From the NCBI GenBank assembly GCA_934254925.1, contig CAKQMD010000003.1, positions 17,727-81,726 of the forward strand: a stretch of DNA of 64,000 bases, given 5' to 3'. A program made the position numbers and the translations under genes. Under the pieces are notes generated by a model. The model searched no databases. It was not told the origin of the DNA and saw only the letters and a list, made by a program, of their open reading frames with translations. The stretch comes from an uncultured Alphaproteobacteria bacterium (GTDB lineage: Bacteria > Pseudomonadota > Alphaproteobacteria > RF32 > CAG-239). Shown here one piece after another: positions 21,111-29,328 of the stretch (within the stretch, counting starts at the first letter, position 1; the number at the start of each line of letters is the position of its first letter).

Positions 21111-21641
21111 ATGTTAAAAAAATATCTAACGGTTTTGGCTGCGTCGCTGCTGTTTTTTCCTTGTGCGGCTGCGGCGGAAAGCAATTTAAACATTTATGAC
21201 CAACCGCGGGAACTCCCTTCCACGCCGATCACCCATGAATCCGGCAAAAAACTGAAAATGACCGATTTTCAGGGCGATTTTGTCATTCTGGTCATCTGGT
21301 CGCGCTATTGCGCTCCTTGCGTCAAGGAGTTGGACAATCTGCAAATTTTTGCCGACAAAGTCAAAGATGATCGGATTCGGGTGGTGTTGCTTTCCAAGAC
21401 CAGCGAATGGAACAACCTGGACGAAGAACGCCGTTTTTTGAAGAAATATGACGCCGCCGGCTTGGAGATTTATAACGACGATCAAGGCAAATTGGCGGAG
21501 AACTTGGGTATCTTCCGCTTTCCCAATACGGTGCTGATCAATACCAAAGGGCAGGAGATCGGACGGATTCGCGGTTCCGTGGAATGGGACGATCCAGATG
21601 TTATCGACTATATCTACAAACTAAAGGCTCAACACGGATAA
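21111..21641 (+). CDS. periplasmic thiol:disulfide oxidoreductase, TlpA/ResA-like thioredoxin
   Basis: Signal peptide, then a thioredoxin fold with WSRYCAPCVKE (CxxC). Confidence 0.8.
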   Translation: MLKKYLTVLAASLLFFPCAAAAESNLNIYDQPRELPSTPITHESGKKLKMTDFQGDFVILVIWSRYCAPCVKELDNLQIFADKVKDDRIRVVLLSKTSEWNNLDEERRFLKKYDAAGLEIYNDDQGKLAENLGIFRFPNTVLINTKGQEIGRIRGSVEWDDPDVIDYIYKLKAQHG

Positions 21642-21644
21642 GCC

Positions 21645-22079
21645 ATGAAGGACAAACAATACATCAGCTGGGAAGAGTTTCACCGTCACGTCAAACAATT
21701 GGCCGAAAAAATCAGAGAGGAAGGCGTTTATCGCCAAATCATCGCCGTCAGCCGCGGCGGTCTGCTTCCGGCCGGAACTTTGGCTTATGAATTAAACATC
21801 AGAAACTGCCAAAGCCTGAACATGGTCAGTTATGACGGTGCTGCCGCCCGTCGGGACGAAGACGTGGAAATTTTGGATACCGGCCTGCAGGCGGATGAAC
21901 AAACGCTGATTGTCGATGACCTTTCCGACAGCGGCAGGACCTTTCGCCTGTTGCGTCGTTTGTATCCCAAGGCCCGTTACGTCACGGTTTACAGCAAACC
22001 TGCCGGCCGCAGCCAAGTGGATCTCTGCGCCGTCGAATTGCCAGACCGTTGGGTAGTTTTTCCTTGGGACGTCGAATAA
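21645..22079 (+). CDS. gpt: xanthine-guanine phosphoribosyltransferase
   Basis: Collinear with E. coli Gpt: IIAVSRGGLLPAG, the PRPP loop LIVDDLSDSGRT, YPKARYVTVYSKPAGR and the C-terminal FPWD. Confidence 0.9.
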   Translation: MKDKQYISWEEFHRHVKQLAEKIREEGVYRQIIAVSRGGLLPAGTLAYELNIRNCQSLNMVSYDGAAARRDEDVEILDTGLQADEQTLIVDDLSDSGRTFRLLRRLYPKARYVTVYSKPAGRSQVDLCAVELPDRWVVFPWDVE

Positions 22080-22089
22080 GCCCCAAAAG

Positions 22090-23052
22090 TCAAATATCCG
22101 GGAAGAGGCTCATGCCGCGGCTCATGCGCGTCATCTGCATTTCTATGGACGTTGCCAGATTGAGGCGGCCGCTTTTGATAATGCCGCGTACCTGGTCGCC
22201 TTTTGTGGTGTCCGGATTGGCAAACAAAAAAGTGGTTGCCGGTTTTTTGATGGTGACCCCGGCCAAAACCTGGTGCAAAACGCCGAGCATGCCGCGGGAG
22301 AAGAGGTCATAAGCCAACTCTTCGCTCATGGAGGTTGAGGCAGCATATTTCACTACCGAGGTAATGGCATCGGTGACGTTGTTGGCATGAATCGTCGACA
22401 AAACCAAATGCCCGGATGTCGCCGCCCGCAGAACTTCGCTGGCGGTTTCCGGCGTCAGGATTTCGCCCACCAAGATATAACGCGGCTTGGAACGCAGGGC
22501 CGATTTTAAGGATTCGCCCCATTGGCCGTTTTCCGGCACGGTTTGCTTACAAAGTCCGAGGCCGCCTCGCAGCGAGTGATAAACGCCGTCCAACGGCTGT
22601 TCCGTCGGGTCTTCAATCGTGTAGGCGAAACCGCCTTCGGTATTAAGATATTCTTTCAGCAGACTGGAGATGGAAGTCGTTTTGCCTTGTCCTGTCGGTC
22701 CTGACCATAAGATCAAGCCGGAGGTGTTGCTCAGTGACAGCAGATAATGCGCCAATTCCGGCGGAAAACCGAGGGAACTGAAAGCCGGCACCTGCGGCGG
22801 CATTTTGCGGGCGCAATATTGAATACCGTAAATGCTTTTTGTTCGTTCAATGCGGTAAAACAGGCCTTCATACAAAATAGAGTAGCTGGGGTTTTCGCCG
22901 TCCCAGGTCTTTTCGAGCAGTTCGATGAACTCTTTCAGATCGTCCGGTTCGATAATTGCCAGGCCGTTCGGCGTCCTTTTGTCTGAAATAAACGCTTGTT
23001 TGTCCGGCGTAATATAAATGTCGGAAAAGACGATGTCGTTGATTTTTGCCAT
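22090..23052 (-). CDS. stand-alone PilT/DotB/TraJ-like secretion ATPase (320 aa)
   Basis: Walker A GPTGQGKTT, Asp box YTIEDPTE, Walker B RYILVGEI and His box GHLVLSTIHANN. It has no N-terminal GspE-type domain and no Zn-binding cysteines, so it is the short hexameric PilT/VirB11-superfamily type. Confidence 0.85.
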   Translation of the reverse strand: MAKINDIVFSDIYITPDKQAFISDKRTPNGLAIIEPDDLKEFIELLEKTWDGENPSYSILYEGLFYRIERTKSIYGIQYCARKMPPQVPAFSSLGFPPELAHYLLSLSNTSGLILWSGPTGQGKTTSISSLLKEYLNTEGGFAYTIEDPTEQPLDGVYHSLRGGLGLCKQTVPENGQWGESLKSALRSKPRYILVGEILTPETASEVLRAATSGHLVLSTIHANNVTDAITSVVKYAASTSMSEELAYDLFSRGMLGVLHQVLAGVTIKKPATTFLFANPDTTKGDQVRGIIKSGRLNLATSIEMQMTRMSRGMSLFPDI

Positions 23053-23157
23053 ATTTCACCTCGAATCAAAAATTTTCTGAGTATAAGTCTAGCAAAACTA
23101 TCTTAATAAAACTTAAAAGACGTTAAGATAACGCATCAACCAGTGACGCAGGAAAAA

Positions 23158-24597
23158 ATGCCGCAGACTTTGTTGTTTTTGTTTATTGTCAGTTTAGAAC
23201 CGCTGCTGATGCATTTGCAGTTGTTTCCGCATATCGATTTTGGCAGCGCTTATGCCTTTGTCGTTTATTTTCAGGCATTGTTGTTTTTCGGCTTTTTGCT
23301 GACGCTGCGGCGACGTTGGGGAATTACCTTTTTTGTTGCGGAAGCGTTGGTCTTTTGGCTGTTGTTGCTTTATCATCGTCATTTTGAAGATCCCCTGACG
23401 CTGACGATTGCGACGACGCAATTATATGAAGGGCTGACTTTTGCCGGCAAGAGCCCGCGGTCTTTATGGAATTGGCAGATCGGACTTGTATTGGTCGCGC
23501 TGCTGTTTAAAATCGTTTTCATGAAGCGTTGGTATCGCCCCTTATACCCGGCCGGTTTGTTTCGCTTGGTGTTTTTTGTGCCTTTTCTGGCCTTGGGCGT
23601 CGTCACTTTCCGCAACTTTCACCGTCAGCCGTTCTATAACATGGATTTTCGGATTTATGCTGCCAGTCTGGGGTATCCGCAAGCCTGGATTTATGAGGTC
23701 TTTACTACCCTGGACCGCAGCCTTCTGATCGACAAGACCGTGGAGGCCTCCGCCGAAACCCTTGAGACCTTGCCGCCGGAACTTCAAGGCTTGTCCCTGC
23801 CGAACAACGTTTATTTGATTCAGGTGGAAAGTTTTGACTACCAAGCTTTCAGCGCGCGGGTCAATCAGAAGCCGCTGATGCCTTTTTTGAACCAAATCGC
23901 CGATTCCGCGGTGGTCTACCACTTGACGGATGCGCCGCATTATGCCTCGTCCAACGTTGATTTTACGATTTTGACCGGCGCGACCAATTCCCGAGATTTT
24001 TACATGGTGATGTATTACCTGCATCCCTGGAAGGTTTATCGGGAAGTAGAAACCCTGCCGAAGATCATGCGACAAAAGGGCTATTATAACAGTTTTTACC
24101 ATGGTTTTACCCGTCGTTTTTATGAGCGCGGCGTCAATTATGAACGAATGGCCTTTGATCGCCTTTATTTCAGTGAAGACCTGCCCATAACCGCAAAAGA
24201 AGGCAAATGGGGTTACCGTGATGCGGATCTTTTGTCCTTTGTGAGCGAAGACAACCGCAAAAATCCGGCGCCCAAGAAGTTCAATTTCATCATTACCGTC
24301 AGTTCACACGAACCTTTTGAAGTCGGCGAAATCCATCGGAAACCTTTTTCTCGTCCCGGAAATCGCCGAGAGCTCTATTATAACAGCATGAATTATGTGG
24401 ACCAAGCGCTGCAACGTCTGATAACCCAAGCGCCGAACGATTCTTTGTTTATTGTTTATTCTGATCACGCGGCCGACGTTCTGGAAAAAGAAGACACGCT
24501 GCTGCTGATTTATGACAAACGCGCCACGCGCCCTCATCGCAGTACCTATAGTTTTTATAAGATGCCGTTGCTGATCAAAACCTTGCTCAAACAATAA
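23158..24597 (+). CDS. LtaS/OpgB-like membrane-bound phosphotransferase (alkaline-phosphatase/sulfatase superfamily)
   Basis: About five N-terminal TM helices, then VYLIQVESFDYQAF, ASSNVDFTILTG (nucleophile region), WGYRDADLL and VSSHEPF. I prefer ATG 23158 (AGGAAAA RBS) to GTG 23143. Confidence 0.8.
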   Translation: MPQTLLFLFIVSLEPLLMHLQLFPHIDFGSAYAFVVYFQALLFFGFLLTLRRRWGITFFVAEALVFWLLLLYHRHFEDPLTLTIATTQLYEGLTFAGKSPRSLWNWQIGLVLVALLFKIVFMKRWYRPLYPAGLFRLVFFVPFLALGVVTFRNFHRQPFYNMDFRIYAASLGYPQAWIYEVFTTLDRSLLIDKTVEASAETLETLPPELQGLSLPNNVYLIQVESFDYQAFSARVNQKPLMPFLNQIADSAVVYHLTDAPHYASSNVDFTILTGATNSRDFYMVMYYLHPWKVYREVETLPKIMRQKGYYNSFYHGFTRRFYERGVNYERMAFDRLYFSEDLPITAKEGKWGYRDADLLSFVSEDNRKNPAPKKFNFIITVSSHEPFEVGEIHRKPFSRPGNRRELYYNSMNYVDQALQRLITQAPNDSLFIVYSDHAADVLEKEDTLLLIYDKRATRPHRSTYSFYKMPLLIKTLLKQ

Positions 24598-24624
24598 GCC
24601 TAAGTTTCAGCAATATATTGTCCT

Positions 24625-24651
24625 AAAAAAGCCCTGCCACAAGGGCAGGGC
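24625..24651 (-). terminator. rho-independent terminator of pilin gene 1
   Basis: The minus strand reads GCCCTGCC-cttgt-GGCAGGGC followed by TTTTTT, 25 nt after the stop codon. Confidence 0.8.
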
Positions 24652-24675
24652 CGGAGAAGATCCGCTGACGCGAGG

Positions 24676-25287
24676 TTAGTAATAGGTCCAAAGAATGCTG
24701 TTGTTGGTGTCCTTGGAGGCGCATTCGGCTGCAGCCTGTCCCAGCGAAATGGGGAGCTCGGTCGTAAGGGTTGTGCCGCCGGGTGTATGAACATTACCGC
24801 CCCCGGAAGAAACGTCCTCATCCCCTCCGTCGGAAGAGCTGCCGGAAGAACCGCTGCTGACTTGAATACTGTACAAACCTTCAGTACCCCAGTCGGAAGA
24901 TGCCAGAGAAGTACAAGTTTCGCGTCCCAAGCCTTTGAACTCGATTTGGAAACGTGCCACGTTGCCATCCTGAGCCTTGACGACAACGTCACCGCCGAAG
25001 GCATTGACGAACTTTTTGGAAGTTTGCACCATGTCTTGCGGCAAAATATTGTATTGATAAGCCGTTTCCGTGGTCAAACCCGCATAACTGGAAGCCGTGG
25101 CATAGGCCGTCCGAATGTTGATCAATAACATCGACATTTGATCCTGCGCCTTGGTCAGCTTAAATTTGGCCATGGCTTTGGAATAACCGGAAATACCGCC
25201 GACCGACAAGACACCGATAATGGCCAGCACGCCGAGCATTTCCACCATGGAACGTCCGGCTTGTTCGATTTTTGTGAATGTTAACAT
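24676..25287 (-). CDS. type IV pilin paralogue 1 (203 aa)
   Basis: Class III signal MLTFTKIEQAG/RSMVEMLGVLAIIGVLSVGGISGY, with Gly at -1, Glu at +5 and a hydrophobic alpha1-N. Two Cys flank a variable C-terminal loop. AAGGAGAAAG RBS. Confidence 0.85.
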   Translation of the reverse strand: MLTFTKIEQAGRSMVEMLGVLAIIGVLSVGGISGYSKAMAKFKLTKAQDQMSMLLINIRTAYATASSYAGLTTETAYQYNILPQDMVQTSKKFVNAFGGDVVVKAQDGNVARFQIEFKGLGRETCTSLASSDWGTEGLYSIQVSSGSSGSSSDGGDEDVSSGGGNVHTPGGTTLTTELPISLGQAAAECASKDTNNSILWTYY

Positions 25288-25327
25288 GATCTTTCTCCTT
25301 AAAAAAAATTTTTCACTCTATAGGGAA

Positions 25328-25356
25328 ATTATAGCAAAGCCCCTTAACGGCGACAA
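25328..25356 (-). promoter_or_regulatory. sigma70-type promoter with extended -10 upstream of pilin gene 1
   Basis: The minus strand reads TTGTCG-(17 nt)-TATAAT with TGc immediately upstream of the -10 (TGcTATAAT). The -10 ends 41 nt before the ATG. Confidence 0.5.
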
Positions 25357-25414
25357 TATCTCCTTAGCCATAAAAAGGGATCAGAGGATTATAACTTTAG
25401 TTATTCCGAAGTTA

Positions 25415-25441
25415 TAAAAAAGGCCCTGATAAAACAGGGCC
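25415..25441 (-). terminator. rho-independent terminator of pilin gene 2
   Basis: The minus strand reads GGCCCTG-ttttat-CAGGGCC followed by TTTTTT. Confidence 0.7.
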
Positions 25442-25464
25442 CGATCAGAGGAGTCAAAAAGAAA

Positions 25465-26046
25465 CTAGTAATAATACCAGGTAATGGTGTTGGTGGCGTC
25501 TTTGGTGTCGCAGTAGCCTTCACTGTTTGCGTCTTTTAAAGTGATCGGCAGTTTGCCTTTGGCTCCGTCACCGCCGCCGCCGGGCGTATGATAACCGGCC
25601 GTTCCCACCATAATACCGGCCAAACCTTCGGTACCCCAGTCGGAGGAGGCCAAAGAAGCACAGGTTTCTTTACCTAACCCACTGAATTTTATGTAAAAAC
25701 GCGAAACATCGGCGGCATCGGTTTTGGAACCTGTTCCGATCTCTACCGCACCGCCGAAAGCGTTGACGAAAACGCTGGAAGTCTGAACCATGTCTTGCGG
25801 CAAGATATTGTATTGATAAGCCGTTTCCGTTTCCAAACCGGAGTAACTGGAGGCCGTGGCATAGGCCGTCCGAATATTGATCAACAGCATCGACATTTGA
25901 TCCTGCGCCTTGGTCAGCTTAAACTTGGCCATGGCCTTGGAATAACCGGAAATACCGCCGACCGACAAGACGCCGATAATGGCCAGCACGCCGAGCATTT
26001 CCACCATGGAACGTCCGGCTTGTTCGATTCTCGAAAACTTTAACAT
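25465..26046 (-). CDS. type IV pilin paralogue 2 (193 aa)
   Basis: MLKFSRIEQAG/RSMVEMLGVLAIIG... The first ~100 aa are nearly identical to paralogue 1 and the C-terminus is divergent. GAGGAGAA RBS. Confidence 0.85.
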   Translation of the reverse strand: MLKFSRIEQAGRSMVEMLGVLAIIGVLSVGGISGYSKAMAKFKLTKAQDQMSMLLINIRTAYATASSYSGLETETAYQYNILPQDMVQTSSVFVNAFGGAVEIGTGSKTDAADVSRFYIKFSGLGKETCASLASSDWGTEGLAGIMVGTAGYHTPGGGGDGAKGKLPITLKDANSEGYCDTKDATNTITWYYY

Positions 26047-26200
26047 ATTTTTTTCTCCTCATCTTAATAATTTGTTTTGTGCAACCGTAAGACGGCACAA
26101 CCTTTTCTTCCGGTTTGCTTGCCGAAAAAGAAGGAAAAGCGTCAAATCTTATTTTCAATTATAAGGAAAATAAATTAAGAAATCATGAACGTTTGATAGA

Positions 26201-26226
26201 CAAAAAGCCCCGCGAAGCCACGGGGT
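26201..26226 (-). terminator. rho-independent terminator of pilin gene 3
   Basis: The minus strand reads CCCCGTG-GCTT-CGCGGGG (with one G-U pair) followed by CTTTTTG. Confidence 0.6.
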
Positions 26227-26254
26227 CAATTTGAGGAAAGACCATGGAACGATG

Positions 26255-26839
26255 TCAGTAATAAGTCCAGCGAATGGCATTTGTCGCGTCTTTTGAGGCA
26301 CATTCGATATTTGCCCGTGACAAGACGATCGGCAGGCTGCGCTCAATATCGTCGGAATATTGCAAAGTGTGGGATTCGTTAAACGTCGGCGCCGCCGATC
26401 CGTCGGAAGCTGTACCGACTTCAATGCTGTGCAGACCTTCGGTACCCCAGTCGGAAGTCGCCAGGGAGATGCAGGTTTCTTTACCCAGGCCGCGCAGTTC
26501 AATCGTAAACCGGGAGTCCGTATCCGTTCCCACCACGATTTCACCGCCGAAAGCGTTGACGAATTGGGTTGAGGTTTGAGCCATTTCCTTGGGCAGAATA
26601 TTATATTCGTAAGCCGTCTGCGTCGTCAGCCCGGCATAGCCCGAAGAAGTGGCATAAGCCGTCCGAATATTGATCAACAGCATCGACATTTGGTCTTGTG
26701 CTTTTGTTAACTTATACTTGGCCATGGCCTTGGAATAACCGGAAATGCCGCCGACCGACAAAACGCCGATAATGGCCAGCACGCCAAGCATTTCCACCAT
26801 GGAACGCCCGGCCTGTTCGATTTTTGCGATTGTAGACAT
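26255..26839 (-). CDS. type IV pilin paralogue 3 (194 aa)
   Basis: The start is set at ATG 26839 (MSTIAKIEQAG/RSMVEM...), preceded by AGGAGAAAG. The 16 extra codons in the ORF-track start are not conserved in the paralogues. Confidence 0.85.
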   Translation of the reverse strand: MSTIAKIEQAGRSMVEMLGVLAIIGVLSVGGISGYSKAMAKYKLTKAQDQMSMLLINIRTAYATSSGYAGLTTQTAYEYNILPKEMAQTSTQFVNAFGGEIVVGTDTDSRFTIELRGLGKETCISLATSDWGTEGLHSIEVGTASDGSAAPTFNESHTLQYSDDIERSLPIVLSRANIECASKDATNAIRWTYY

Positions 26840-26931
26840 GGTCTTTCTCCTGCTTAAGTCACTCTTTTCAGTATATAGTTTAACCAATTAACAAAGTCTG
26901 AACAAGAGTATCTTTAGTCATAAAAATTTAG

Positions 26932-26963
26932 CTGAAAAATCCCCGGAAAACGGGGATTTTCAG
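26932..26963 (-). terminator. rho-independent terminator of pilin gene 4
   Basis: 10-bp stem AAAATCCCCG / CGGGGATTTT with a 5-nt loop. A U-run continues from the stem on the minus strand. Confidence 0.7.
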
Positions 26964-26977
26964 GCTGAATATAAACT

Positions 26978-27556
26978 TTAGTAATAAGTCCAGCGAATGG
27001 CGTTCCCCGTATCCTTGGAGGCGCATTCCGTCGCAGCCTGGCCTAAAGGAATGGGAAGTTTCGTCGCGTCAGTTGTACCGCCGGGTGTATGAGCCGGCGC
27101 CGTATCGGCGGCAAAGGTTCCCGTGGCGTTCACGTCAACGCCGAGCAAACCTTCAGTACCCCAGTCGGAAGATGCCAGAGAAGTACAGGTTTCGCGTCCC
27201 AAGCCGCGGAAGATGATCTGAAAGCGCGCTTTGTTGGTTGGGGTCAAAACTTCTACCTCGCCGCCGAAAGCGTTGACAAAAACGCTGGAAGTCTGAACCA
27301 TGTCCTGCGGCAAAATATTGTATTGATAAGCCGTTTCCGTTGTCAAGCCGTCATAACTTGCCGCCGTGGCATAGGCTGTACGGATATTAATCAGCAGCAT
27401 CGACATTTGGTCTTGCGCTTTTGTCAGCTTAAATTTGGCCATCGCCTTAGAATAGCCGGAAATACCGCCGACCGACAAGACGCCGATAATAGCCAGCACG
27501 CCGAGCATTTCCACCATGGAACGGCCCGCTTGTTCAGTTTTTCTCCATTGCTTCAT
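26978..27556 (-). CDS. type IV pilin paralogue 4 (192 aa)
   Basis: MKQWRKTEQAG/RSMVEMLGVLAIIG... The architecture is the same and it ends in IRWTYY. CAGGAGA RBS. Confidence 0.85.
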   Translation of the reverse strand: MKQWRKTEQAGRSMVEMLGVLAIIGVLSVGGISGYSKAMAKFKLTKAQDQMSMLLINIRTAYATAASYDGLTTETAYQYNILPQDMVQTSSVFVNAFGGEVEVLTPTNKARFQIIFRGLGRETCTSLASSDWGTEGLLGVDVNATGTFAADTAPAHTPGGTTDATKLPIPLGQAATECASKDTGNAIRWTYY

Positions 27557-27606
27557 GTAAAAGATCTCCTGATATATGTAGTCAAAGTCTGTGGCTTTGT
27601 TCTTGA

Positions 27607-28191
27607 TTATTCAACACGCCAGAGCAATGTGTTTTTCTCAATACATATATCTTTAATCTTTTTATAATTAATTGGCAACTTCTTTTTACCCCCCCAAGTA
27701 TAATTTTCTTCAAATTTTTTATTGAAGACACTGAAGAGGACCACGTTCAACATGAAGCTGTCGTTGAAGTTGTGGGCTGCAAGAGCCTCGCAGTTTTTTT
27801 TGTCAAGACCTGTGAGGACAATGTCAAAAAAACGGCTCCCCGGCATAACGGTATAACCTTCTTTGCCGGTACCGATTTTGATTTCCGTCTGAAAAGGGCT
27901 CAACAATCGGCCGTCAACCGCCATTCCTTCGGGATATAACCGATTGTTGAGAACTTCTTTGTTGTTAAGGCCCCAATAGCTGGGACGATTGCGGTAAAAG
28001 CGCTGTATCTTCTGTTGCAGGGCTTCTATCTGAGCAGCCGCGACCTGAACTTGGGTCGATTCTCGCGGCGAAGAGCAGGTAAAGGGCAAAACCAAGATCA
28101 GAATCAAAAGTCCGACTGCGCCTGCCGCCGCGGCACAAAGCTTTCGGCGGCTGATGAAACGGATTTTGCTCACAAATGCCGAGACGGACAT
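27607..28191 (-). CDS. pilin-fold paralogue without prepilin cleavage motif (194 aa)
   Basis: It starts at ATG 28191, with GGGAG upstream and 4 nt after the platform-gene stop. N-terminal anchor RRKLCAAAAGAVGLLILILVLPF with no G/xxxxE. The rest aligns with the pilins: QIEALQQKIQRFYRNRPSYWGL vs QMSMLLINIRTAYATASSYAGL. Both Cys are conserved (KKNCEAL / DICIEKN) and it ends in LLWRVE vs IRWTYY. Confidence 0.6.
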   Translation of the reverse strand: MSVSAFVSKIRFISRRKLCAAAAGAVGLLILILVLPFTCSSPRESTQVQVAAAQIEALQQKIQRFYRNRPSYWGLNNKEVLNNRLYPEGMAVDGRLLSPFQTEIKIGTGKEGYTVMPGSRFFDIVLTGLDKKNCEALAAHNFNDSFMLNVVLFSVFNKKFEENYTWGGKKKLPINYKKIKDICIEKNTLLWRVE

Positions 28192-28195
28192 TTTT

Positions 28196-29317
28196 TTAAG
28201 CTCCCATACTGCTGGTAATTTGGTCTTGCATCTCAAAAGTACCCATCACCGCCCAGGCGATGACGCCGGCAATGGCCAATAACGCAACCATGTTCAAGAT
28301 GGAAGCTTTCTGCTCAATCAGATAAACGGATTCCTCCAGCCATTCGTTTGCCAAATTTTCCAGGGCTTCTTCAAAATTGTCCAGTTCGGAATAGATTTTC
28401 AAATCGGCGATAATCTCGGGATCTGGAAATGTCAGGCCGGTTTTGCTTAACGCCTGTCCCAGGTTGTCACCGTTGTTGACGTAAATCAGCGTCTTGTCGA
28501 TCCGTTCCTTCAAATACCGGCTGGCGTCTCGCCGCAAAGCGCGCATGGCGGTGGAGACCGGCGTTCCGCCCTTAACTAAGGCCGAAAGTGCCAAAAGCCA
28601 GCTGATTCCGGTAAAAATCTTATACAGGGACCAAGGCGGAACATGATCAAACCAAGCGCGGATTTGCCCGGTCCAAACGCCGATGGTAAAATAAATAATG
28701 GCCATGATCACCGGCAAGGTCGCAAAAGCCACCATCCAATATTTGCTGATCCAACCCGACAAATCGACCAAATTGCGTGCCAAACCGGTCCAGCGGACGG
28801 AAGGTGCCGCGTCGACCATCGGCGGCACCATGTAAACCCCGATGGCATAAATGATCAAAACCGCCATCATAAACAAAAAACTCGGATAAGCGATGGCGCC
28901 AACAATCGGACGAATCATCTTGGTGGATCCTTCGGTCACGCGGATCAAGTTCACCAAAGCTCCTTCCAGGTCGGAAACGTCGCCGACGGAAAGCATCAGT
29001 CTTTCCCGGTCAGGCGCCCAACCGCGCAAAGCGTCGGAAAAAGGTTCGCCGTTTTGCAGCGAACGGCCCCAATGGGCCAAAGCGATGGCCAAAGGTTCGC
29101 CGGGATTCTTGCCGCCGTTGCTGGCACTGTCGTAAAGCATGTCAAGCGCGTTCATCAAAGAAAATCGGTTGCGCATCAGAGAAGCGATTTTGCGATAAAT
29201 TTTCAGGCGAACGCCATTGGACATCTTAATGATCATCCTTGCATAATATTCTTCCACCTTGTTAAAGCGGCGGATGGCGTTTTGCATTGCTTCCGAGCGT
29301 TTAGGTTCAATTGCCAT
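28196..29317 (-). CDS. type IV pilus inner-membrane platform protein (GspF/PilC family; PilR-like in R64 nomenclature)
   Basis: 373 aa with a duplicated GspF-type cytoplasmic domain and three TM helices, for example SLMNALDMLY...PFSDALRG...ERLMLSVGDVSDLEGAL. Confidence 0.8.
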   Translation of the reverse strand: MAIEPKRSEAMQNAIRRFNKVEEYYARMIIKMSNGVRLKIYRKIASLMRNRFSLMNALDMLYDSASNGGKNPGEPLAIALAHWGRSLQNGEPFSDALRGWAPDRERLMLSVGDVSDLEGALVNLIRVTEGSTKMIRPIVGAIAYPSFLFMMAVLIIYAIGVYMVPPMVDAAPSVRWTGLARNLVDLSGWISKYWMVAFATLPVIMAIIYFTIGVWTGQIRAWFDHVPPWSLYKIFTGISWLLALSALVKGGTPVSTAMRALRRDASRYLKERIDKTLIYVNNGDNLGQALSKTGLTFPDPEIIADLKIYSELDNFEEALENLANEWLEESVYLIEQKASILNMVALLAIAGVIAWAVMGTFEMQDQITSSMGA

Positions 29318-29328
29318 GGCCTTTTTCC

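Larger units (their letters stand above)
24676..27556 (-). repeat. tandem array of four pilin genes (717-793 bp spacing) with near-identical ~280-bp 5' blocks
   Basis: The blocks at about 24988-25266, 25747-26025, 26546-26821 and 27257-27535 align almost base for base. An example is ...CCGACCGACAAGAC[A/G]CCGATAATGGCCAGCACGCCGAGCATTTCCACCATGGAACG... A second short conserved block encodes SLASSDWGTEGL. The sequence between and after the blocks is divergent. Confidence 0.85.

Noticed and set aside
24676-27556. Regularly spaced ~280-bp repeats that might be taken for a CRISPR-like array or a shufflon
   Set aside because: The repeats are the conserved 5' halves of four complete pilin genes in direct orientation. 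The period of 717-793 bp is far too long for CRISPR. There are no inverted sfx-like repeats and no recombinase (Rci) gene, so this is not a shufflon.
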